A stretch of DNA of 64,000 bases. It comes from Laetmonice hystrix (taxonomy: Eukaryota). Both the position numbers and the translations under genes were made by a program. Each line of letters opens with the position of its first letter. Position 1 is the stretch's first letter. Location of the stretch: contig OZ249440.1 of assembly GCA_965235115.1 (NCBI GenBank), positions 33,296,001-33,360,000 on the forward strand, written 5' to 3'. This document shows positions 50,301 through 62,949 of the stretch, piece by piece. The notes beneath the pieces were generated by a model. It was not told where the DNA came from, did no database searches, and was given only the letters and a program-made list of their open reading frames with translations.

Positions 50301-51719
50301 CACTGGACCTTACAAAAAGACCATTATTCAAAGAAAAGGACCACAAATGGTCCTTTCTCATGGAGGGATCTGAATAAAAGGACCACTTTTTAGCCTGGTG
50401 TAGCGAGGTTCGGGAAAGCCGAGTGGTCAACGCAAAAAGAGCATTCTTGACAAAAAGACCACTGGACCTTACAAAAAGACCATTATTCAAAGAAAAGGAC
50501 CACCACTGGACCTTACAAAAAGACCATTATTCAAAGAAAAGGACCACAAATGGTCCTTTCTCATGGAGGGATCTGAATAAAAGGACCACTTTTTAGCCTG
50601 GTGTAGCGAGGTTCGGGATAGCCGAGTGTTCAAGGCAAAAAGTGCATTCTTTACAAAAAGACCTGGACCTTACAAAGAGACCATTATTCAAACAAAAGGA
50701 CCACAAATGGTCCTTTCTCATGGAGGGATATGAATAAAAGGACCACAAATGGTCCTTTCTCATGGAGGGATCTGAATAAAAGGACCACTTTTTAGCCTGG
50801 TGTAGCGAGGTTCGGGATAGCCGAGTGTTCAAGGCAAAAAGTGCATTCTTTACAAAAAGACCTGGACCTTACAAAGAGACCATTATTCAAACAAAAGGAC
50901 CACAAATGGTCCTTTCTCATGGAGGGATCTGAATAAAAGGACCACTTTTTAGCCTGGTGTAGCGAGGTTCGGGATAGCCGAGTGTTCAAGGCAAAAAGTG
51001 CATTCTTTACAAAAAGACCACTGGACCTTACAAAAAGACCATTATTCAAAGAAAAGGACCACAAATGGTCCTTTCTCATGGAGGGATCTGAATAAAAGGA
51101 CCACTTTATAGCCTGGTGTAGCGAGGTTCGGGACAGCCGAGTGTTCAAGGCAAAAAGTGCATTCTTTACAAAAAGACCACTGGACCTTACAAAAAGACCA
51201 TTATTCAAACAAAAGGACCACAAATGGTCCTTTCTCATTGAGGGATCTGAATAAAGGACCACTTTTTAGCCTGGTGTAGCGAGGTTCGGGATAGCCGAGT
51301 GGTCAACGCAAAAAAAGCATTCTTTACAAAAAGACCACTGGACCTTACAAAAAGACCATTATTCAAACAAAAGGACCACAAATGGTCCTTTCTCATGGAG
51401 GGATCTGAATAAAAGGACCACTTTTTAGCATGGTGTAGCGAGGTTCGGGATAGCCGAGTGTTCAAGGCAAAAAGTGCATTCTTTACAAAAAGACCACTGG
51501 ACCTTACAAAAAGACCATTATTCAAAGAAAAGGACCACAAATGGTCCTTTCTCATGGAGGGATCTGAATAAAAGGACCACTTTTTAGCCTGGTGTAGCGA
51601 GGTTCGGGAAAGCCGAGTGGTCAACGCAAAAAGAGCATTCTTTACAAAAAGACCACTGGACCTTACAAAAAGACCATTATTCAAACAAAAGGACCACAAA
51701 TGGTCCTTTCTCATGGAGG
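47310..51719. repeat. Satellite A array (expanded, 4.4 kb)
   Basis: Starts with the same cactgtgcaaaaag terminus at 47310. Higher-order period of ~1954 bp (47920/49874, 48087/50041). Confidence 0.97.
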
Positions 51720-54048
51720 CACCAGTACCTGATAAATTAACAGCTTGCTTTAATGCGTCTCTGAAGATAGGGTCTTTCCCAGTCAGCTGGAAGAATGCAC
51801 TTGTGGTGCCTCTGTTTAAAAAGGGGATGTGACGGAAGTGGGGAACTACAGGCCTGTGTCCCTATTGCCATTGCCAGGGAAGTTACTGAAGAAATTTGTA
51901 CATGGGAGAATATATAAGCATCTGGTAAACAACAACATTTTGGTTGATGAGCAATATGGTTTTAGGCCAGGTCGTTCCACCTTGGACTCTGTTGCCGAAC
52001 TAACTGATGACATAATACTTGAGATGAACAAAAGTAACTATACCCTTGCTGCCTTTATAGACCTTAAAACGGCTTTTGACACTGTTGATCATTCTATCTT
52101 GGTAAAGAAACTGTATAAACTTGGTATCAGAGGCTCCCTGTACAGATGGATTTGTAGCTACCTTGAGCGGCGAACGCAAAGGGCAATGGTGAACGATAGG
52201 GTGTCGAGATCTCTTGTGGGGTTCCTCAGGGGTTGGTCCTTGGCCCGTTACTTTTTATATTGTATACTAATGATATGGCGGATAAAATCGGGCATTGTGG
52301 TATTAAATTATTTGCAGACGACACTGCCATTTACAGAAGTGGGTCTGATCTGCCGATGGTGCGGCTGCAATTACAGAGTAACCTTGATAATCTGTCCAAA
52401 TGGTGTACAGAAAATAAGCTAACGATAAATGCCAAGAAATCACAATGTGTTTTATTTGATCGCAAGCGCAGAGCAGGCAAAGAAGCCCCAGCAGTTCCCA
52501 AGCTCAGGCTTAGTGGGCAGGAATTGGACTTTGTGGACAGTTATAAGTACATGTATCTAGGAGTGATTTTTGACAAGAACATGACCTTCAACTTACATGC
52601 CAGCAATGTATACAAGCTAGCTGCTCATAAAATTTATCTTATGGGCAGGGTCAGGAATTTGTTGACACCTGGAACCTGCTTGCAAATCTACAAATAAAAA
52701 GGCCTACCTTATTTTGATTATGGGGATATTTTTTACAACAAGGTCAATTCCACTATGCTTACCAAAATTCAGAGGTTACAAAACAGGGCTCTGAGAGTGG
52801 TGCTTGCTTCCCAGCCCAGGGAGTCGGTAAAGGAGCTTCGTGCTCGGTGCTCAGTTCCTCAGCTGAAATATCGCCGAACTGTGCATGTCAGAAACCTGGC
52901 TTTCAAGAGAAGTAGTGATCCTAGATTTAGGGAGGGAACCACTGCCCGTACAAGGGCCAAGGATGGACCCATACTCAAATTGGTTCGGGTCAACTATGCT
53001 GTTATGAAGAGTAGTCCCTTGCATCAATGCGCTACTGAATGGAACAACCTACCACTAGATACCAGACTGGCTGTAGATAAGCAGGGCTTCAAATCAATTC
53101 AGAAGCGGTGGCTGAGAACCACCATTGAGCGGGAGGAGGAAGAATGGCATTAAAACTGGCTAATTCCCGGTGCCCCCCCCCCCAACCTTCAGTGACCTAG
53201 GAGTGTCTGTCAGAGCCGGTGCACTAGTGTTTGTTATCTGTATGCATCTACCTGTTGTCCAGCCTTCTCTTCAGCTTCAGTGAATGAATTCAATTTACTT
53301 TGAAAAACTGTTGGTAATGGTCGTCTACTTTACAACTCTTAGCCTCTCTGACTCTGAGCGGTGGTGTCATTTTTTCAAGATGTTTGCAAGAAACTGTTAA
53401 TACGTATGTACTTGTCCATCCTTCTCTTCATTCTGGCCCCAGACTCACTCAACAATATGAAATTTACTTTGAGAAACTGTGTCGGTAAAGGTCTTCCATG
53501 TTACTACTCTTAGCCTGTCCGAAAAATGGTGTTATCTTCCCAGGATATTTATGAGTGACTGTTAGTGACCACTACGCTGTATTACACTGTGCTTACTTAG
53601 TGTTTTATACACTGGCTGCCTAATGTATTATGTTTGGTACTCACACTGTCAGAGGCCCCTAGAGAATTCAGACTGTAATTGTACTCTACTCTTTAGTTTC
53701 TTGCCTGGTCACTATAGATCAGTTAATGTCGGTAAGATTTCGACTGTCACTTCAGATTAAACTGTTTAATTACTAACTAGCTGGGGTTTTTACATTATGG
53801 CACTATGCCAAGTTGTCTATCTAAGCACCGTTGATGACAGAGGGCTGCTGTTTTTATGCAGTATGGGATTGTATGTGCTTAACAGGGTTATTACGAGTTT
53901 AAGATTGCATGTAAATATGTTCTGAATCCACAGAATAGTTGTTATTGTATTTGGTATACAGCTGCCTTGGTAAGCTGGGAGGGTTGAAAAGCCGCTTTGC
54001 GGAACCCGTTCTTGTAATCCCAGGATAAATAAAAGATTTTTTAAAAAA
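51720..54048 (+). mobile_element. Dead CR1/L2-group LINE, copy 4
   Basis: Same junctions; lacks the 4-bp taca duplication of copies 1-3. Confidence 0.93.
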
Positions 54049-55355
54049 TAAGGACCACTTTTTAGCATGATATAGCGAGGTTCGGAATAGCCGAGTGGCC
54101 AACGCAAAAAGAGCATTCTTTAGAAAAAGACCAGTGGACCTTACAAAAAGACCATTATTCAAACAAAAGGACCACAAATGGTCCTTTCTCATGGAGGGAT
54201 CTGAATAAAAGGACCACTTTTTAGCCTAGTGTAGCGAGGTTCGGGATAGCCGAGTGTTCAAGGCAAAAAGTGCAAAAAGAGCATTCTTTAGAAAAAGACC
54301 ACTGGACCTTACAAAAAGACCATTATTCAAAGAAAAGGACCACAAATGGTCCTTTCTCATGGAGGGATCTGAATAAAAGGACCACTTTTTAGCATGGTAT
54401 AGCGAGGTTCGGGATAGCCGAGTGGTCAACGCAAAAAGAGCATTCTTTACAAAAAGACCACTGTACCTTACAAAAAGACCATTATTCAAACAAAAGGACC
54501 ACAAATGGTCCTTTCTCATGGAGGGATCTGAATAAAAGGACCACTTTTTAGCCTGGTGTAGCGAGGTTCGGGATAGCCGAGTGTTCAAGGCAAAAAGTGC
54601 AAAAAGAGCATTCTTTACAAAAAGACCGCTGGACCTTACAAAAAGACCATTATTCAAACAAAAGGACCCCAAATGGTCCTTTCTCATGGAGGGATCTGAA
54701 TAAAAGGACCACTTTTTAGCCTGGTGTAGCGAGGTTCGGGATAGCTGAGTGTTCAAGGCAAAAAGTGCAAAAAGAGCATTCTTTAGAAAAAGACCACTGG
54801 ACCTTACAAAAAGACCATTATTCAAACAAAAGGACCACAAATGGTCCTTTCTAATGGAGGAATCTGAATAAAAGGACCAATTTTAGCCTGGTGTAGTGAG
54901 GTTCGGGATAGCCGAGTGGTCAAGGCAAAAAGTGCAAAAAGAGCATTCTTTAGAAAAAGACCACTGGACCTTACAAAAAGACCATTATTCAAACAAAAAG
55001 GCCATTAATGGTCCTTTCTCATGGAGGGATCTGAATAAAAGGACCACTTTTTAGCCTGGTGTAGCGAGGTTCGGGATAGCCGAGTGGTCAACGCAAAAAG
55101 AGCATTCTTTACAAAAAGACCACTGGACCTTACAAAAAGACCATTATTCAAAGAAAAGGACCACAAATGGTCCTTTTCTCATGGAGGGATCTGAATAAAG
55201 GGACCACCTTTTAGCCTGGTGTAGCGAGGTTCGGGATAGCCGAGTGTTCAAGGCAAAAAGTGCAAAAAGAGCATTCTTTACAAAAAGACCACTGGACCTT
55301 ACAAAAAGACCATTATTCAAACAAAAGGACCACAAATGGTCCTTTCTCATGGAGG
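54049..55355. repeat. Satellite A array
   Basis: Same monomers, between LINE copies 4 and 5. Confidence 0.97.
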
Positions 55356-57685
55356 CACCAGTACCTGATAAATTAACAGCTTGCTTTAATGCGTCTCTGA
55401 AGATAGGGTCTTTCCCAGTCAGCTGGAAGAATGCACTTGTGGTGCCTCTGTTTAAAAAGGGGATGTGACGGAAGTGGGGAACTACAGGCCTGTGTCCCTA
55501 TTGCCATTGCCAGGGAAGTTACTGAAGAAATTTGTACATGGGAGAATATATAAGCATCTGGTAAACAACAACATTTTGGTTGATGAGCAATATGGTTTTA
55601 GGCCAGGTCGTTCCACCTTGGACTCTGTTGCCGAACTAACTGATGACATAATACTTGAGATGAACAAAAGTAACTATACCCTTGCTGCCTTTATAGACCT
55701 TAAAACGGCTTTTGACACTGTTGATCATTCTATCTTGGTAAAGAAACTGTATAAACTTGGTATCAGAGGCTCCCTGTACAGATGGATTTGTAGCTACCTT
55801 GAGCGGCGAACGCAAAGGGCAATGGTGAACGATAGGGTGTCGAGATCTCTTGTGGGGTTCCTCAGGGGTTGGTCCTTGGCCCGTTACTTTTTATATTGTA
55901 TACTAATGATATGGCGGATAAAATCGGGCATTGTGGTATTAAATTATTTGCAGACGACACTGCCATTTACAGAAGTGGGTCTGATCTGCCGATGGTGCGG
56001 CTGCAATTACAGAGTAACCTTGATAATCTGTCCAAATGGTGTACAGAAAATAAGCTAACGATAAATGCCAAGAAATCACAATGTGTTTTATTTGATCGCA
56101 AGCGCAGAGCAGGCAAAGAAGCCCCAGCAGTTCCCAAGCTCAGGCTTAGTGGGCAGGAATTGGACTTTGTGGACAGTTATAAGTACATGTATCTAGGAGT
56201 GATTTTTGACAAGAACATGACCTTCAACTTACATGCCAGCAATGTATACAAGCTAGCTGCTCATAAAATTTATCTTATGGGCAGGGTCAGGAATTTGTTG
56301 ACACCTGGAACCTGCTTGCAAATCTACAAATAAAAAGGCCTACCTTATTTTGATTATGGGGATATTTTTTACAACAAGGTCAATTCCACTATGCTTACCA
56401 AAATTCAGAGGTTACAAAACAGGGCTCTGAGAGTGGTGCTTGCTTCCCAGCCCAGGGAGTCGGTAAAGGAGCTTCGTGCTCGGTGCTCAGTTCCTCAGCT
56501 GAAATATCGCCGAACTGTGCATGTCAGAAACCTGGCTTTCAAGAGAAGTAGTGATCCTAGATTTAGGGAGGGAACCACTGCCCGTACAAGGGCCAAGGAT
56601 GGACCCATACTCAAATTGGTTCGGGTCAACTATGCTGTTATGAAGAGTAGTCCCTTGCATCAATGCGCTACTGAATGGAACAACCTACCACTAGATACCA
56701 GACTGGCTGTAGATAAGCAGGGCTTCAAATCAATTCAGAAGCGGTGGCTGAGAACCACCATTGAGCGGGAGGAGGAAGAATGGCATTAAAACTGGCTAAT
56801 TCCCGGTGCCCCCCCCCCCCAACCTTCAGTGACCTAGGAGTGTCTGTCAGAGCCGGTGCACTAGTGTTTGTTATCTGTATGCATCTACCTGTTGTCCAGC
56901 CTTCTCTTCAGCTTCAGTGAATGAATTCAATTTACTTTGAAAAACTGTTGGTAATGGTCGTCTACTTTACAACTCTTAGCCTCTCTGACTCTGAGCGGTG
57001 GTGTCATTTTTTCAAGATGTTTGCAAGAAACTGTTAATACGTATGTACTTGTCCATCCTTCTCTTCATTCTGGCCCCAGACTCACTCAACAATATGAAAT
57101 TTACTTTGAGAAACTGTGTCGGTAAAGGTCTTCCATGTTACTACTCTTAGCCTGTCCGAAAAATGGTGTTATCTTCCCAGGATATTTATGAGTGACTGTT
57201 AGTGACCACTACGCTGTATTACACTGTGCTTACTTAGTGTTTTATACACTGGCTGCCTAATGTATTATGTTTGGTACTCACACTGTCAGAGGCCCCTAGA
57301 GAATTCAGACTGTAATTGTACTCTACTCTTTAGTTTCTTGCCTGGTCACTATAGATCAGTTAATGTCGGTAAGATTTCGACTGTCACTTCAGATTAAACT
57401 GTTTAATTACTAACTAGCTGGGGTTTTTACATTATGGCACTATGCCAAGTTGTCTATCTAAGCACCGTTGATGACAGAGGGCTGCTGTTTTTATGCAGTA
57501 TGGGATTGTATGTGCTTAACAGGGTTATTACGAGTTTAAGATTGCATGTAAATATGTTCTGAATCCACAGAATAGTTGTTATTGTATTTGGTATACAGCT
57601 GCCTTGGTAAGCTGGGAGGGTTGAAAAGCCGCTTTGCGGAACCCGTTCTTGTAATCCCAGGATAAATAAAAGATTTTTAAAAAAA
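55356..57685 (+). mobile_element. Dead CR1/L2-group LINE, copy 5
   Basis: Near-identical to copy 4. Confidence 0.93.
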
Positions 57686-58992
57686 TAAGGACCACTTTTT
57701 AGCATGATATAGCGAGGTTCGGAATAGCCGAGTGGCCAACGCAAAAAGAGCATTCTTTAGAAAAAGACCAGTGGACCTTACAAAAAGACCATTATTCAAA
57801 CAAAAGGACCACAAATGGTCCTTTCTCATGGAGGGATCTGAATAAAAGGACCACTTTTTAGCCTAGTGTAGCGAGGTTCGGGATAGCCGAGTGTTCAAGG
57901 CAAAAAGTGCAAAAAGAGCATTCTTTAGAAAAAGACCACTGGACCTTACAAAAAGACCATTATTCAAAGAAAAGGACCACAAATGGTCCTTTCTCATGGA
58001 GGGATCTGAATAAAAGGACCACTTTTTAGCATGGTATAGCGAGGTTCGGGATAGCCGAGTGGTCAACGCAAAAAGAGCATTCTTTACAAAAAGACCACTG
58101 TACCTTACAAAAAGACCATTATTCAAACAAAAGGACCACAAATGGTCCTTTCTCATGGAGGGATCTGAATAAAAGGACCACTTTTTAGCCTGGTGTAGCG
58201 AGGTTCGGGATAGCCGAGTGTTCAAGGCAAAAAGTGCAAAAAGAGCATTCTTTACAAAAAGACCGCTGGACCTTACAAAAAGACCATTATTCAAACAAAA
58301 GGACCACAAATGGTCCTTTCTCATGGAGGGATCTGAATAAAAGGACCACTTTTTAGCCTGGTGTAGCGAGGTTCGGGATAGCTGAGTGTTCAAGGCAAAA
58401 AGTGCAAAAAGAGCATTCTTTAGAAAAAGACCACTGGACCTTACAAAAAGACCATTATTCAAACAAAAGGACCACAAATGGTCCTTTCTAATGGAGGAAT
58501 CTGAATAAAAGGACCAATTTTAGCCTGGTGTAGTGAGGTTCGGGATAGCCGAGTGGTCAAGGCAAAAAGTGCAAAAAGAGCATTCTTTAGAAAAAGACCA
58601 CTGGACCTTACAAAAAGACCATTATTCAAACAAAAAGGCCATTAATGGTCCTTTCTCATGGAGGGATCTGAATAAAAGGACCACTTTTTAGCCTGGTGTA
58701 GCGAGGTTCGGGATAGCCGAGTGGTCAACGCAAAAAGAGCATTCTTTACAAAAAGACCACTGGACCTTACAAAAAGACCATTATTCAAAGAAAAGGACCA
58801 CAAATGGTCCTTTTCTCATGGAGGGATCTGAATAAAGGGACCACCTTTTAGCCTGGTGTAGCGAGGTTCGGGATAGCCGAGTGTTCAAGGCAAAAAGTGC
58901 AAAAAGAGCATTCTTTACAAAAAGACCACTGGACCTTACAAAAAGACCATTATTCAAACAAAAGGACCACAAATGGTCCTTTCTCATGGAGG
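57686..58992. repeat. Satellite A array
   Basis: Near-identical to 54049-55355 at offset +3637. Confidence 0.97.
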
Positions 58993-61324
58993 CACCAGTA
59001 CCTGATAAATTAACAGCTTGCTTTAATGCGTCTCTGAAGATAGGGTCTTTCCCAGTCAGCTGGAAGAATGCACTTGTGGTGCCTCTGTTTAAAACGGGGA
59101 TGTGACGGAAGTGGGGAACTACAGGCCTGTGTCCCTATTGCCATTGCCAGGGAAGTTACTGAAGAAATTTGTACATGGGAGAAGATATAAGCATCTGGTA
59201 AACAACAACATTTTGGTTGATGAGCAATATGGTTTTAGGCCAGGTCGTTCCACCTTGGACTCTGTTGCCGAACTAACTGATGACATAATACTTGAGATGA
59301 ACAAAAGTAACTATACCCTTGCTGCCTTTATAGACCTTAAAAAGGCTTTTGACACTGTTGATCATTCTATCTTGGTAAAGAAACTGTATAAACTTGGTAT
59401 CAGAGGCTCCCTGTACAGATGGATTTGTAGCTACTTGAGCGGCGAACGCAAAGGGCAATGGTGAACGATAGGGTGTCGAGATCTCTTGTGGGGTTCCTCA
59501 GGGGTTGGTCCTTGGCCCGTTACTTTTTATATTGTATACTAATGATATGGCGGATAAAATCGGGCATTGTGGTATTAAATTATTTGCAGACGACACTGCC
59601 ATTTACAGAAGTGGGTCTGATCTGCCGATGGTGCGGCTGCAATTACAGAGTAACCTTGATAATCTGTCCAAATGGTGTACAGAAAATAAGCTAACGATAA
59701 ATGCCAAGAAATCACAATGTGTTTTATTTGATCGCAAGCGCAGAGCAGGCAAAGAAGCCCCAGCAGTTCCCAAGCTCAGGCTTAGTGGGCAGGAATTGGA
59801 CTTTGTGGACAGTTATAAGTACATGTATCTAGGAGTGATTTTTGACAAGAACATGACCTTCAACTTACATGCCAGCAATGTATACAAGCTAGCTGCTCAT
59901 AAAATTTATCTTATGGGCAGGGTCAGGAATTTGTTGACACCTGGGACCTGCTTGCAAATCTACAAATAAAAAGGCCTACCTTATTTTGATTATGGGGATA
60001 TTTTTTACAACAAGGTCAATTCCACTATGCTTACCAAAATTCAGAGGTTACAAAACAGGGCTCTGAGAGTGGTGCTTGCTTCCCAGCCCAGGGAGTCGGT
60101 AAAGGAGCTTCGTGCTCGGTGCTCAGTTCCTCAGCTGAAATATCGCCGAACTGTGCATGTCAGAAACCTGGCTTTCAAGAGAAGTAGTGATCCTAGATTT
60201 AGGGAGGGAACCACTGCCCGTACAAGGGCCAAGGATGGACCCATACTCAAATTGGTTCGGGTCAACTATGCTGTTATGAAGAGTAGTCCCTTGCATCAAT
60301 GCGCTACTGAATGGAACAACCTACCACTAGATACCAGACTGGCTGTAGATAAGCAGGGCTTCAAATCAATTCAGAAGCAGTGGCTGAGAACCACCATTGA
60401 GCGGGAGGAGGAAGAATGGCATTAAAACTGGCTAATTCCCGGTGCCCCCCCCCCCCCCAACCTTCAGTGACCTAGGAGTGTCTGTCAGAGCCGGTGCACT
60501 AGTGTTTGTTATCTGTATGCATCTACCTGTTGTCCAGCCTTCTCTTCAGCTTCAGTGAATGAATTCAATTTACTTTGAAAAACTGTTGGTAATGGTCGTC
60601 TACTTTACAACTCTTAGCCTCTCTGACTCTGAGCGGTGGTGTCATTTTTTCAAGATGTTTGCAAGAAACTGTTAATACGTATCTACTTGTCCATCCTTCT
60701 CTTCATTCTGGCCCCAGACTCACTCAACAATATGAAATTTACTTTGAGAAACTGTGTCGGTAAAGGTCCTCCATGTTACTACTCTTAGCCTGTCCGAACA
60801 ATGGTGTTATCTTCCCAGGATATTTATGAGTGACTGTTAGTGACCACTACGCTGTATTACACTGTGCTTACTTAGTGTTTTATACACTGGCTGCCTAATG
60901 TATTATGTTTGGTACTCACACTGTCAGAGGCCCCTAGAGAATTCAGACTGTAATTGTACTCTACTCTTTAGTTTCTTGCCTGGTCACTATAGATCAGTTA
61001 ATGTCGGTAAGATTTCGACCGTCACTTCAGATTAAACTGTTTAATTACTAACTAGCTGGGGTTTTTACATTATGGCACTATGCCAAGTTGTCTATCTAAG
61101 CACCGTTGATGACAGAGGGCTGCTGTTTTTATGCAGTATGGGATTGTATGTGCTTAACAGGGTTATTACGAGTTTAAGATTGCATGTAAATATGTTCTGA
61201 ATCCACAGAATAGTTGTTATTGTATTTGGTATACAGCTGCCTTGGTAAGCTGGGAGGGTTGAAAAGCCGCTTTGCGGAACCCGTTCTTGTAATCCCAGGA
61301 TAAATAAAAGATTTAAAAAAAAAA
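58993..61324 (+). mobile_element. Dead CR1/L2-group LINE, copy 6
   Basis: Same junctions; extra 1-bp deletion near 59435. Confidence 0.93.
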
Positions 61325-62949
61325 TAAGGACCACTTTTTAGCATGATATAGCGAGGTTCGGAATAGCCGAGTGGCCAACGCAAAAAGAGCATTCTTTAGA
61401 AAAAGACCACTGGACCTTACAAAAAGACCATTATTCAAACAAAAGGACCACAAATGGTCCCTTCTCATTGAGGGATCTGAATAAAAGGACCACTTTTTAG
61501 CCTGGTGTAGCGAGGTTCGGGATAGCCGAGTGTTCAAGGCAAAAAGAGCATTCTTTAGAAAAAGACCACTGGACCTTACAAAAAGACCATTATTCAAACA
61601 AAAGGACCACAAATGGTCCTTTCTCATGGAGGGATCTGAATAAAAGGACCACTTTTTAGCCTGGTGTAGCGAGGTTCGGGATAGCCGAGTGTTCAAGGCA
61701 AAAAGAGCATTCTTTAGAAAAAGACCACTGGACCTTACAAAAAGACCATTATTCAAACAAAAGGACCACAAATGGTCCTTTCTCATGGAGGGATCTGAAT
61801 AAAAGGACCACTTTTTAGCCTAGTGTAGCGAGGTTCGGGATAGCCGAGTGTTCAAGGCAAAAAGTGCAAAAAGAGCATTCTTTAGAAAAAGACCACTGGA
61901 CCTTACAAAAAGACCATTATTCAAAGAAAAGGACCACAAATGGTCCTTTCTCATGGAGGGATCTGAATAAAAGGACCACTTTTTAGCATGGTATAGCGAG
62001 GTTCGGGATAGCCGAGTGGTCAACGCAAAAAGAGCATTCTTTACAAAAAGACCACTGTACCTTACAAAAAGACCATTATTCAAACAAAAGGACCACAAAT
62101 GGTCCTTTCTCATGGAGGGATCTGAATAAAAGGACCACTTTTTAGCCTGGTGTAGCGAGGTTCGGGATAGCCGAGTGTTCAAGGCAAAAAGTGCAAAAAG
62201 AGCATTCTTTACTCAAAGACCGCTGGACCTTACAAAAAGACCATTATTCAAACAAAAGGACCACAAATGGTCCTTTCTAATGGAGGGATCTGAATAAAAG
62301 GACCACTTTTTAGCCTGGTGTAGCGAGGTTCGGGATAGCCGAGTGTTCAAGGCAAAAAGTGCAAAAAGAGCATTCTTTAGAAAAAGACCGCTGGACCTTA
62401 CAAAAAGACCATTATTCAAACAAAAGGACCACAAATGGTCCTTTCTAATGGAGGAATCTGAATAAAAGGACCAATTTTAGCCTGGTGTAGCGAGGCTCGG
62501 GATAGCCGAGTGGTCAAGGCAAAAAGTGCAAAAAGAGCATTCTTTAGAAAAATACCACTGGACCTTACAAAAAGACCATTATTCAAACAAAAAGGCCATT
62601 AATGGTCCTTTCTCATGGAGGGATCTGAATAAAAGGACCACTTTTTAGCCTGGTGTAGCGAGGTTCGGGATAGCCGAGTGGTCAACGCAAAAAGAGCATT
62701 CTTTACAAAAAGACCACTGGACCTTACAAAAAGACCATTATTCAAAGAAAAGGACCACAAATGGTCCTTTTCTCATGGAGGGATCTGAATAAAGGGACCA
62801 CCTTTTAGCCTGGTGTAGCGAGGTTCGGGATAGCCGAGTGTTCAAGGCAAAAAGTGCAAAAAGAGCATTCTTTACAAAAAGACCACTGGACCTTACAAAA
62901 AGACCATTATTCAAACAAAAGGACCACAAATGGTCCTTTCTCATGGAGG
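61325..62949. repeat. Satellite A array
   Basis: Same monomers, between LINE copies 6 and 7. Confidence 0.97.

Noticed and set aside
9323..62944. Long minus-strand ORFs (MRKDHLWSF... repeats, up to 375 aa)
   Set aside because: These are translations of satellite A, whose 159/168-bp monomers are multiples of 3. They are broken at random by 1-bp indels and show no gene structure.
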